A DNA stretch of 64,000 nucleotides, taken from positions 4,321 through 68,320 of the forward strand of contig JAQIBE010000103.1 in NCBI GenBank assembly GCA_027859235.1, written 5' to 3'. The translations under genes were made by a program, and so were the position numbers. Every line of letters starts with the position of its first letter. Position 1 is the stretch's first letter. The notes beneath the pieces are model-generated. The model did not search any database. It was given only the letters and a program-made list of their open reading frames with translations, and was not told the origin of the DNA. Of this stretch, positions 1 through 7,946 are shown in pieces. Source of the DNA: Desulfobulbaceae bacterium. Lineage in GTDB: Bacteria; Desulfobacterota; Desulfobulbia; Desulfobulbales; SURF-16.

Positions 1-1283
1 TTGATGATACTTGGATATATGATGATATAGGCACACCAACGTACCAAGATACTGAAAACAGTATTCTTTACCTGCTCAATCAGGATGATGATGAAGATAT
101 GTGTGAAAGTATTGCTAAGTTTATTAGTGATTCATCTGATTTGAACCGAGATAGTTTTAGCCTAATTCACAGGATTCTTCGGCATAAATTTGATACTTTT
201 GAAGAAATACACAATTTACTAGATAAGAAAAATATAAAATCATTACCAGAGAAAATTGAAATATATGAGGATGTTTCTCTTTATGACAATAACAGTGTGA
301 CAGAAAAACTTGGAATCGATGAAGAGAGCCCACTTAATCACAACTCAGAAGATGATCAATCCTCATTACATGAAAATCATTCCTCAAAAGAGGGTGATAC
401 TCAAAGCGACACTAACACTTCGAGTGGAAAGCAAAGGGAGGCTCAAGCAGGTGTAGAAATTCCTCCACCCATAAAGCCTAAAAAATCAAATCCCTCTAAT
501 AAGGAGGATGATGCTAGTTCGCGTGGAGATCATAATCGGCATGGTCACAATGCGAATCAAAGGAGTCAGAAAGGAGGTGGCACTAATAGATCTGGTGAAG
601 CAAAATCATCCGTAAGCAACATCAGTAAGTTGAATTCAAACGCTAATAGTAAAATAGTTAGTTCTAATGACAGAAAGCCCGTTTATGTAGGTAAAGATAA
701 AGAAGTTGACCCTAATGAACAGCGGGAACAAAAAGAGCGTGCTACTGAAATTGGTAATAGAGGTGAGGATTACGTTTTAGAAAGCTCAACAAACTATCTT
801 CTTTATAAATCAAATAAATTTAAAAAGGCTCCAACAAACAACAAAGGGTACGATATTCTAGAAATAGATTCAAACGGAGATATAGTACGTTACATTGAAG
901 TCAAAACTTTGACAGGAGGGTGGGGAGAAGGAGGTGTTGCTGTCACCGAATCTCAATTGGAGTTTGCTCAGGGATATGACAATTGGTGGTTATTTGTTGT
1001 TGAAAATATAAACACACAAAATACCACTGTGCATATATTTGAGAACCCTGTGCAACAAGCTAACCGTTTTATGTTTGATCATAGCTGGAAACAACTTGCT
1101 GAGACTGCCAAAAAGAATCAGTCAGTAGCACCAAAAGAAGGGGATAAATATCGACTATCGGACGGTATATATGAAGTTAGTAGCATTAAACCTAAGGGGA
1201 AGTTCTATAAATTGATACTTAAAGAAACTCAAACAGGTAAAGAAGTTGCAAAAAAGTTTGATCCTTCTTGGGAGAAATGTTGA
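1..1283 (+). CDS. 3' part of a larger protein, open to the left window edge. A long Ser/Asn/Asp-rich low-complexity linker is followed by a DUF3883-like PD-(D/E)xK nuclease-fold domain and a short C-terminal beta-rich tail.
   Basis: Frame 3 is open from nt 3 with no stop, so the ATG at 99 is probably internal. The block EIGNRGEDYVLE...KGYDILEIDSNGDIVRYIEVKT...TESQLEFA...WWLFVV matches the DUF3883 restriction-endonuclease-like pattern (E..D..EVK) as I remember it. Confidence 0.7.
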   Translation, partial: DDTWIYDDIGTPTYQDTENSILYLLNQDDDEDMCESIAKFISDSSDLNRDSFSLIHRILRHKFDTFEEIHNLLDKKNIKSLPEKIEIYEDVSLYDNNSVTEKLGIDEESPLNHNSEDDQSSLHENHSSKEGDTQSDTNTSSGKQREAQAGVEIPPPIKPKKSNPSNKEDDASSRGDHNRHGHNANQRSQKGGGTNRSGEAKSSVSNISKLNSNANSKIVSSNDRKPVYVGKDKEVDPNEQREQKERATEIGNRGEDYVLESSTNYLLYKSNKFKKAPTNNKGYDILEIDSNGDIVRYIEVKTLTGGWGEGGVAVTESQLEFAQGYDNWWLFVVENINTQNTTVHIFENPVQQANRFMFDHSWKQLAETAKKNQSVAPKEGDKYRLSDGIYEVSSIKPKGKFYKLILKETQTGKEVAKKFDPSWEKC

Positions 1284-2977
1284 TGGTTAATATTATTCCA
1301 GTATTGTCTGTGGAGCAGATTGAAGAGATACCTTCAAGAGCTGAGCAGAAGGTATATAAAGCACTGGTTGAACAATTACCTAATGACTGCTTGGTTGTTC
1401 ACTCTCTTGAATTTATAAAACAAACGTCTAGGTTCAAAAGTCATGGAGATAGAGAAGCTGATTTTGTAATTTTTTCACCACGCTTTGGTGTTTTGGTTGT
1501 TGAGGTCAAAGGTGGTGGTATTAGTTATGATAATTCAATTAATCAGTGGTATTCGATTGATCGAAACAAGGATAAACATGAAATAAAAAATCCCGTTCGG
1601 CAAGCTAAAGATGCGAAATACGAAATAAGAAGCCATCTTCAGCAAAGACTAGGCAATAAAAAACTACTGCTTGCTCATGCCGTAATGTTTCCTGATATTG
1701 AAAATGCAGCTCCTTTGGTTAGCCCTAATATGCCAATTAACATAATAGGGGTTAATAGAAACCTTATTGATTTAAAAAAGTGGGTTACAGAGATTTTTGA
1801 TTACTGGGCAGGCGAACAACCCGTTCATGATGCTCTAGGTGAAAATGGGATCAAGGTTGCTGAACAAATCTACGGGAAGCAGGTTTCCATACGCCCTTCT
1901 TTACGCTCTGCAATAGAGAAAGAAGTTCAAAAACAAATTGAGTTAACTAATCAACAAAAAAATATCCTTCGGCAATTAAAAAGAAGAAAAGAGGCTGTGG
2001 TTGAAGGTGGAGCAGGTACGGGTAAAACAGTTCTGGCTCTAGACCAAGCTCAAACACTAGCAGATCAAGGGCTAAATGTTCTATTTCTTTGTTATAACCA
2101 AAGGCTGGGTAATGCACTCAAGATAAAATCACGGCATATTGACAACTTACACTCTATGGGCTTTCATGAGTTTTGTTCTTGGAGAATCAGACAAGTAGAA
2201 AGTAATACAGAACGTAATTTAATAGAAGAATCTAGGAACATCTACCCTGGAGACGATTTATATGATGTATTGATGCCTGATGCTTTGATTAATAGTTACG
2301 AATTAGCTCCTATTCAATACGATGTAATTTTAATTGATGAGGGACAAGATTTTAAACCTGAGTACTGGTTGGCTATTGAAATGTTGCGAGATCAACATGA
2401 AGATACAAAGCTCTATATCTTTCAGGATAGCAATCAGGCGATTTATACCAATAGTAACGATCTTCCAATTGATTGTGAGCCTTTATTTTTGTTTGATAAT
2501 TGTCGTAACACCAAATACATCCATAATTCTGCCTACCAGTATTACAAAGGAACTGAAGTATATGCTCCAGATTTAGAAGGAGAACCTGTTCGGCTTATAG
2601 AAAAATCTTCCCTGGGACTACAAGCAAAAGAAATTGATAATAAGATATCAAGGTTAATCAATACCGAAATTATAGACCCAGAGGATATTGCTATTGTCGT
2701 AATGGGGCAGTTTCATGAGGCGCAACTACTTTTGGAAAATACAAAAAATAGTCATTTGTGGGCTTTTAAAGAGTTCTCTCCAGTTTCTAAGGTATTAGTA
2801 GAAACGGAAAAAAGGTTTAAAGGATTAGAATCAAAAATTATTTTTCTTTGGATAATTGATGAAGAAGCTATAAATGATAAATTACTCTATGTTTCTATAT
2901 CCCGTGCTCGATTTAGATTGTGGGTAATAGGAACCACACCAATTATTCAAAGAACAAATCTAATGAAATTCACATAA
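1277..2977 (+). CDS. NERD-domain nuclease fused to an SF1 (UvrD/AAA_19-like) helicase
   Basis: N-terminal NERD pattern: EQKVYKAL...HGDREADFVIFSPRFGVLVVEVKGG. Walker A is GGAGTGKT and Walker B is VILIDEGQDF. The C-terminal UvrD_C-like motif is LLYVSISRARFRLWVI. The start is ambiguous (TTG 1268, ATG 1277, ATG 1283). ATG 1283 overlaps the upstream TGA as TGATG, with GGAG 8 nt upstream. Confidence 0.8.
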   Translation: MLMVNIIPVLSVEQIEEIPSRAEQKVYKALVEQLPNDCLVVHSLEFIKQTSRFKSHGDREADFVIFSPRFGVLVVEVKGGGISYDNSINQWYSIDRNKDKHEIKNPVRQAKDAKYEIRSHLQQRLGNKKLLLAHAVMFPDIENAAPLVSPNMPINIIGVNRNLIDLKKWVTEIFDYWAGEQPVHDALGENGIKVAEQIYGKQVSIRPSLRSAIEKEVQKQIELTNQQKNILRQLKRRKEAVVEGGAGTGKTVLALDQAQTLADQGLNVLFLCYNQRLGNALKIKSRHIDNLHSMGFHEFCSWRIRQVESNTERNLIEESRNIYPGDDLYDVLMPDALINSYELAPIQYDVILIDEGQDFKPEYWLAIEMLRDQHEDTKLYIFQDSNQAIYTNSNDLPIDCEPLFLFDNCRNTKYIHNSAYQYYKGTEVYAPDLEGEPVRLIEKSSLGLQAKEIDNKISRLINTEIIDPEDIAIVVMGQFHEAQLLLENTKNSHLWAFKEFSPVSKVLVETEKRFKGLESKIIFLWIIDEEAINDKLLYVSISRARFRLWVIGTTPIIQRTNLMKFT

Positions 2978-3016
2978 TCGGGTAGCCGGAGGTTTTTCTC
3001 CCCCCATCCCCTAACA

Positions 3017-3040
3017 CCCTGCATGCGGCTCCGCACAGGG
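3017..3040 (+). terminator. GC-rich hairpin downstream of the helicase gene (possible terminator, weak U-tract)
   Basis: CCCTG-CA-TGCGG-CT-CCGCA-CAGGG, read directly from the sequence. It is followed by cgtttcatc, so there is no strong T-run. Confidence 0.3.
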
Positions 3041-3219
3041 CGTTTCATCAAGATTACCGGGCCGTAGCCGGATTATGTTGACTTGAGATTGCCATATCCA
3101 AGATTTGATTAGATCAAATTCACCTCCGGTTGAGATGTCTACTGTACATGTATTACGTATATAGAGAGCAACTCCCATGTTTAGTATAGCCCTTTTGACT
3201 GAATACAACAGTGTGAACC

Positions 3220-3257
3220 AATATATTTAAGATAATGTATATTATCTTAAATATATT
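3220..3257. repeat. Perfect 17-bp inverted repeat with a 4-nt spacer in an AT-rich intergenic region
   Basis: AATATATTTAAGATAAT gtat ATTATCTTAAATATATT, read directly. Confidence 0.9.
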
Positions 3258-3360
3258 CGTGTAAATGGTCAGCTTTCTGACTATTTTGATGAGTATGTTG
3301 AGATTTGTGAACGAGCTGACAATAGTGGCGATAATTGTTAGGTATCATTTATTAGGTGTA

Positions 3361-3423
3361 CAGTAGTAACCTCAACCTGGGGTGAGTTGAGAAATCCCTG
3401 AGGTTGGATGTGGCAATGTTAAT
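3361..3423. repeat. Copy 1 of a ~63-bp direct repeat (partner at 9843-9905)
   Basis: cagtagTaaCCtCaacCtGgggtgaGttgagaaatccctgaggttggatgtggcaatgttaat aligns without gaps to 9843-9905. The 3' 37 nt are identical, and the differences cluster in the 5' third. Confidence 0.9.
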
Positions 3424-3464
3424 AGCTAAGAGTAATCGTTAAAAACGATATTCATTGAGCTTTT

Positions 3465-3526
3465 TTGAAGTCTTCAACGCCTATATCACTCTTTTGTATT
3501 GGCGTAGTTGGCTGATTTTGTTGAAG
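3465..3526. repeat. Short attC-like imperfect palindrome directly downstream of the 137-aa gene
   Basis: CTTCAAC (3472-3478) and GTTGAAG (3520-3526) are reverse complements. They enclose an inner ACGCC/GGCGT pair and unpaired stretches. GTTGAAG abuts the stop codon of the minus-strand gene ending at 3529. Confidence 0.4.
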
Positions 3527-3528
3527 TA

Positions 3529-3942
3529 TTAGTAATCATCCAAGTCTGGTCTTGCCTCGTAATAGATAACACTTTCAAAAGTTTCAATAATCACATCTAT
3601 GCTGGGGTAGTCACGAGTATCACCAGAGCCAGACATTGGCTGAATCCATCTATCCATCACCCCCCATGCATCGCTATTATGAAATTCAGATATATATCCT
3701 CTGATCGCCGATATAATGCTAGATGGTGAATCTTCATCGTCTAGATAACAGTATGGAGTCCAACTATCTTTGTTGCCCCATAAAGTACTGGTTATAGATA
3801 CTGCCGAGGGTAGAGAATCGTCATTTTTCCTATCATCTTCCCACTCTTCAAGGAGTGTTTCGAAAACAGTACTGAATTCAGGTAACGGCTTGATAGATTT
3901 CTTTGCTTCAGCGATAGGCTTTTGTGGATCTTGTGATTCCAT
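3529..3942 (-). CDS. Hypothetical small acidic Trp-rich protein (137 aa)
   Basis: ORF with GAGG 7 nt upstream of the ATG. The product is strongly acidic (runs of D/E, ends DLDDY). I recognise no family motif. It lies 162 nt downstream of the Hsp70-like gene on the same strand. Confidence 0.6.
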   Translation of the reverse strand: MESQDPQKPIAEAKKSIKPLPEFSTVFETLLEEWEDDRKNDDSLPSAVSITSTLWGNKDSWTPYCYLDDEDSPSSIISAIRGYISEFHNSDAWGVMDRWIQPMSGSGDTRDYPSIDVIIETFESVIYYEARPDLDDY

Positions 3943-4104
3943 GGCTTGCCTCTATCTAGTTGATGTTCATGGTGTGATCTGAGGGAAGCGCGTAAGAAGG
4001 TATCAATATACTGCCATTGATGATTGCACACGCATAAGAGCACTCAAAATTTATAGTCGACACACTCATTTGATTGGCCACCATCTTTGAATCTGAAAGC
4101 AAAT

Positions 4105-5898
4105 TCAAATTCCTGAAATCGGGTTACGAGCTAAAACAAAACCTCCAGCATAACTACTCATATCTTGAACAATACGTTTTTCATCTATAATATTGGGCAT
4201 GCTTCCGCCAATAGCAACAGCTAGTTGTGGATATACTAAAGCAAGCTCAGGGTCATAATTAAACTCCTCAGGAACCAGAGCCATTTTATCTTTTGGAATA
4301 TTAATTCCGTGGGCAAGAATTACCCCATCTGCAAGCTCTGTCACCATGGGAAGAGTTGCGCCACCTCCTGTTAAAGCAATGGAAATACCATCCTTGCCAT
4401 ATTGCCTAACAACACCTTCTTTCATTGGTTTAAGCACAGCGTCAAACTTTTCTGCCAAATTCTTTTTAAATCGTAAAACCGTTTCATGCTGTAAGAACTC
4501 ATCCCTGTCGACAATGACTCGAGTATCATTAATGAGATTCACAGCACAATCACCATCGCGAAAAAGATCCTCTTTCAATGCTCTTACCTGCATCCTTAAA
4601 TGTTTAACTACATATGGTCGGTCAGGGTCATTATCGCGTATACCTGATTTTTCCATGATCATTTGTTGCAAGGCTGTGTCCAAAACATCTCCAGCTTGAC
4701 GAAGTGACTGATTGCACCCTTCAACAGGAAAGCCATTAAATAAATTCCTTTCCAGATCTTTAACCACAACAAATAAAGCAAGATCAGATGTGCCAGCACC
4801 AACATCAACAACCATAGCCAACCCCCTGAACGGCTCATCTTCTTGGAGTTTCGAACTGGCTACAGCTAATGGTTCTGTAACCCCCTGTGAAACTAAATAA
4901 CTTGGAAGTTCTTCTAGTTTGTCAATTTTGTCCAGAACAGACTTCACATCATAGATGTTTAGTCCGTCTTTCCATTGACCATGAAAAGTATCTGCAACAA
5001 TCTGAGCTTTAATGAGCATCTTTTGAAGTAATTTTTCTCCCCACTCCCGTCTTTCCTGATCCCAAGATGGTAAACCAAAATTACGTACTACATACCTTGA
5101 ACAATCATGAGCTTCCTCAAGCTCAGTACAGGCAAGGTCTGTTAAAAAACCTAAATAAATAATAATAGCATCACCCATTGACAAGGGGACATCCGTAGGA
5201 TTCAAAGAAGCTGACATAGGCTGCTGAAATGGAGTCGATTGCTTGAGACCAAGAATTAATACTTTTTTCAAAGAATCAAAACGCTCTCTGTTATCGAAAG
5301 AATCCGACTGAAGCGAAAGATTGATCGCCTCCTCACCTAGAAAAATATCACCATTATTACTGATCCACAGAGATGATGGGACGGGGTAAATATCCTTGCT
5401 TTCCCCATTTGAAGCCCTATGGCCCAACTTAAGCAACAAATTCTCAACTAATTCACCATCCTCAGCCATAGCAGCAAATGCTTTAGACATTGCCGTACCA
5501 AAATCCAAACACATTGTGATTTCCCTATCTTGGGGAGACTTAAATTCTAATGAAGCAAGATTTAACTTGATTTCAGCTCTTGGTTTTACTTGTGAAACAG
5601 ACTCTGTTTCGATTTTTACTTCTAGCTCAGACTCATCTTTTTCCTCATCACCACCCAGTTCAACTTCAATCTTTGGCTCTTCTTTAGGTTTCGTTTTTTT
5701 ATCAATAGGAGGTGCTGGGGTAATGATTTTTTGGAGATCAGTGGCCTCCGGAGTTGTAAACAACTCTAATGCAACTTGTAATGCCTCAATCTCCATGGCA
5801 GATAAAACACCAGAAAGTGTGCCTTGACCAGTCTCTGAATCTATCACCACACGAGAAAGCAAATTTTTTAACAATAGTTCTGCTATATTCTTATCCAT
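4105..5898 (-). CDS. Hsp70/actin-fold (ASKHA) ATPase: an Hsp70-like nucleotide-binding domain with a unique ~120-aa N-terminal region and no canonical Hsp70 substrate-binding domain
   Basis: Phosphate-1 motif is CLDFGTAMSKA. Phosphate-2 motif is VVDVGAGTSDLALF. Adenosine motif is ALTGGGATLPMV. The N-terminus is a short helical segment followed by a Lys/Glu-rich linker. An AGGGGGG RBS lies in the 14-nt gap after the upstream gene. Confidence 0.85.
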   Translation of the reverse strand: MDKNIAELLLKNLLSRVVIDSETGQGTLSGVLSAMEIEALQVALELFTTPEATDLQKIITPAPPIDKKTKPKEEPKIEVELGGDEEKDESELEVKIETESVSQVKPRAEIKLNLASLEFKSPQDREITMCLDFGTAMSKAFAAMAEDGELVENLLLKLGHRASNGESKDIYPVPSSLWISNNGDIFLGEEAINLSLQSDSFDNRERFDSLKKVLILGLKQSTPFQQPMSASLNPTDVPLSMGDAIIIYLGFLTDLACTELEEAHDCSRYVVRNFGLPSWDQERREWGEKLLQKMLIKAQIVADTFHGQWKDGLNIYDVKSVLDKIDKLEELPSYLVSQGVTEPLAVASSKLQEDEPFRGLAMVVDVGAGTSDLALFVVVKDLERNLFNGFPVEGCNQSLRQAGDVLDTALQQMIMEKSGIRDNDPDRPYVVKHLRMQVRALKEDLFRDGDCAVNLINDTRVIVDRDEFLQHETVLRFKKNLAEKFDAVLKPMKEGVVRQYGKDGISIALTGGGATLPMVTELADGVILAHGINIPKDKMALVPEEFNYDPELALVYPQLAVAIGGSMPNIIDEKRIVQDMSSYAGGFVLARNPISGI

Positions 5899-5912
5899 TG
5901 TCCCCCCTTTGT

Positions 5913-7364
5913 TTACTCTACTTTTTTCACTAAACCCTTTATGATTACAAAAGAAACACCACTATCACGAACTTGCTCCACAACAGGTCGAACAATACAA
6001 ACTTGACGAACCCCATTTCTCTCACCAATTATCTCATGCTCCATGGGGGCATATTCTTCAATATCCCCTGAGGTCCCTCGAACACGAAGATTTTTTCGTT
6101 TTGCCATAACCGCAATAGCATCACAAATTGTCACACCATTTTGCATCAAACGCTGAACACTTTCACCAAGGCGAGGATCGAGCATTTCTATTTCCGGTAA
6201 AATTTGTTGCTTGCCAACACTCTCTAAAGCCTGAAAACGCTGGGCATCAATTAATAATTCAGCCAACTGACAATCATCATTAAGTTGCTGTGATTCACCT
6301 ATGGCAACATCAAGCGGTGCTTCATTTTTCCCTTCCGCTAGCCAATTTTTTACATTATTCGCCACACCTGGCATTTGGGCTAATTTCTTCATTCTCTGGC
6401 GAGCAGTCTTTTTATCACCACAAGCTATAACAAGTTGGCCGGCTAAAGAGTCATCGGTTATGCCTTGTTTGGCAAGTATCAACATGGCTTCAGAAATATC
6501 TTGTACCACCTGTAACAGCGCCTTAGATTGTGGAGCATTTTTAGCCCAGACATTTGTAGGCTGCAGTGACTTAACAACTTTCAACGCAGAATAAGTCGTT
6601 GCTTCTGTGGCTAGGGAGAACCGCAAGCGAACCACTTCATGAATAACACCTGCAACCCCTGCTGTTGTATCTATGAGAGTATCTACTTTTTTAGACACAG
6701 GCACATCTTTAAAAGCAGCCCAACAGAGTGAAGCGAGTTGTTTCCCAGGTTCATCTCCAGGTTCACCTCTTATCTCAGCCATAGCAACTTGTAACCCATC
6801 CATAAGGCGCTTGAGACGTTTTGCTATACTTGTACCAGGATCTTCCGTTTCAGGGATAAAAGAACGAATTACACCCGCTAACTCCATAAGAACTGCAGAT
6901 AGATCTGGCTTCATCATTAACAATGCTTTAAGAAAAGCTACTCGAGACTGCTCTCCAGTCTCTTCATAAACAATAGCATTTGCACAATAATCAACTCCCC
7001 ATTTAGGCTGGACCTGTTCGCAAGCATAGCCCACATAACTGCGGTCGTCAGGTTCTTCCAATAAAAATGGCTCTGGTAATTCTTTGGCTAATGCCACCTG
7101 CAAAGAATCATAAATGGTGGCTCGTAACCGCTTTATGCTTGAAGCAAGACGACCAAGGGTTGCCACAGCGAGGAGACGATCTTTATCCTGGGCAGAGGTG
7201 TCACCAACGGTCTCCAATAAGCCATCAATACCAATCTGAAAACCCTTATCTTTTGAAGCAGCGTGATGTTTTCGGGCCGCAATGAGTTTCCGCAGAGCAT
7301 CATATTTTTCCTGTACCGTGCCCAATGAAAACAAGGTTGTTAATGTTTCCTGTTTATTCTTCAT
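5913..7364 (-). CDS. Hypothetical 483-aa protein, mostly helical by composition, with a short beta-type C-terminal domain. It is the first gene of the Hsp70-like module.
   Basis: Long ORF with a plausible ATG, tightly coupled (14-nt gap) to the Hsp70-like gene. No catalytic motif recognised. The C-terminal ~55 aa resemble the GrpE beta-domain by eye (see findings). Confidence 0.8.
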   Translation of the reverse strand: MKNKQETLTTLFSLGTVQEKYDALRKLIAARKHHAASKDKGFQIGIDGLLETVGDTSAQDKDRLLAVATLGRLASSIKRLRATIYDSLQVALAKELPEPFLLEEPDDRSYVGYACEQVQPKWGVDYCANAIVYEETGEQSRVAFLKALLMMKPDLSAVLMELAGVIRSFIPETEDPGTSIAKRLKRLMDGLQVAMAEIRGEPGDEPGKQLASLCWAAFKDVPVSKKVDTLIDTTAGVAGVIHEVVRLRFSLATEATTYSALKVVKSLQPTNVWAKNAPQSKALLQVVQDISEAMLILAKQGITDDSLAGQLVIACGDKKTARQRMKKLAQMPGVANNVKNWLAEGKNEAPLDVAIGESQQLNDDCQLAELLIDAQRFQALESVGKQQILPEIEMLDPRLGESVQRLMQNGVTICDAIAVMAKRKNLRVRGTSGDIEEYAPMEHEIIGERNGVRQVCIVRPVVEQVRDSGVSFVIIKGLVKKVE

Positions 7365-7524
7365 TGATGTTCAACCATTTATTCAAACAAATTGAGTTAT
7401 TTACCACTCTCGCCAGCCTTGGCGAGACTCTTCGACGATGGCGTGCCAGGATATTTAGGATTTCTAAAGCAATTTCATAATGAGATCTAAAGGGGTGTCA
7501 AAGTCATCCATAAATTTATATCCT

Positions 7525-7559
7525 CAAAGTTGTAATTATACAAACATTGTGAAGATGAA
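7525..7559 (-). promoter_or_regulatory. Candidate promoter region for the 483-aa/Hsp70-like operon
   Basis: On the minus strand there is a TATAAT (7530-7525) and a TTGACA (7559-7554), but with a non-canonical 23-nt spacing. The 10-bp palindrome ATGAATTCAT lies between them. An 8-bp stem hairpin, TCTCGCCA gcct TGGCGAGA, sits in the 5' UTR around 7410-7432. Confidence 0.35.
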
Positions 7560-7654
7560 TTCATGTCAAGAGGCAGAAGTTTTATTAAGTAAAATCTATA
7601 ATAATGATACGGGGTTCCAACCTCAGCGTCTACATTACGGCTCCCCAGCCTGAA

Positions 7655-7900
7655 TCAAATCAAACACCACCCTCGCAAACCCCGCAGCTTCTCCTCAGCC
7701 TCTTCCGGCAGCCCCATCTTCTTGACCTTCTCATACTCGGCCAGCACTGCCTCCTTACTCTCTTCAAGAACCCCTTCCAGACGGCGCAATAGGGTAAAGG
7801 GCAGGATCATCCGGCCATACTGGGACTGTTTAAAATCACCGCGCAATAGGTCGGCAAGAGACCAGATATAGGCGGCGAGGTTGTTGCTTGATTGGGTCAT
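7655..7900 (-). pseudogene. hsdM: N-terminal remnant of a type I restriction-modification methyltransferase (HsdM_N domain only)
   Basis: From the ATG at 7900: [67 protein letters not shown]. This is the conserved HsdM N-terminal pattern. The frame ends after 81 codons, with no methyltransferase catalytic domain anywhere downstream. Confidence 0.7.
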
Positions 7901-7946
7901 GAATCTCTTTTCTTGTATAGGATAAAGGGTAAGGGACAGTGGGCCA

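Noticed and set aside
2978-3210. Possible group II intron, IS or retroelement remnant after the helicase gene (65-aa minus-strand ORF 3011-3208 ending ..PCAEPHAGC)
   Set aside because: I could not recognise group II intron domain V/VI or 5' GUGYG signatures, nor terminal inverted repeats or transposase motifs. The ORF has no RBS or family motif. I treat it as non-coding spacer with a hairpin.
7607-7616. 10-nt match (CCAACCTCAG) to the core of the 63-bp repeat, located at the hsdM truncation junction
   Set aside because: A 10-mer match on either strand has an appreciable chance of occurring once in 64 kb. The flanks do not align, and the orientation is opposite to the two full copies. It is not enough to call a third repeat copy.
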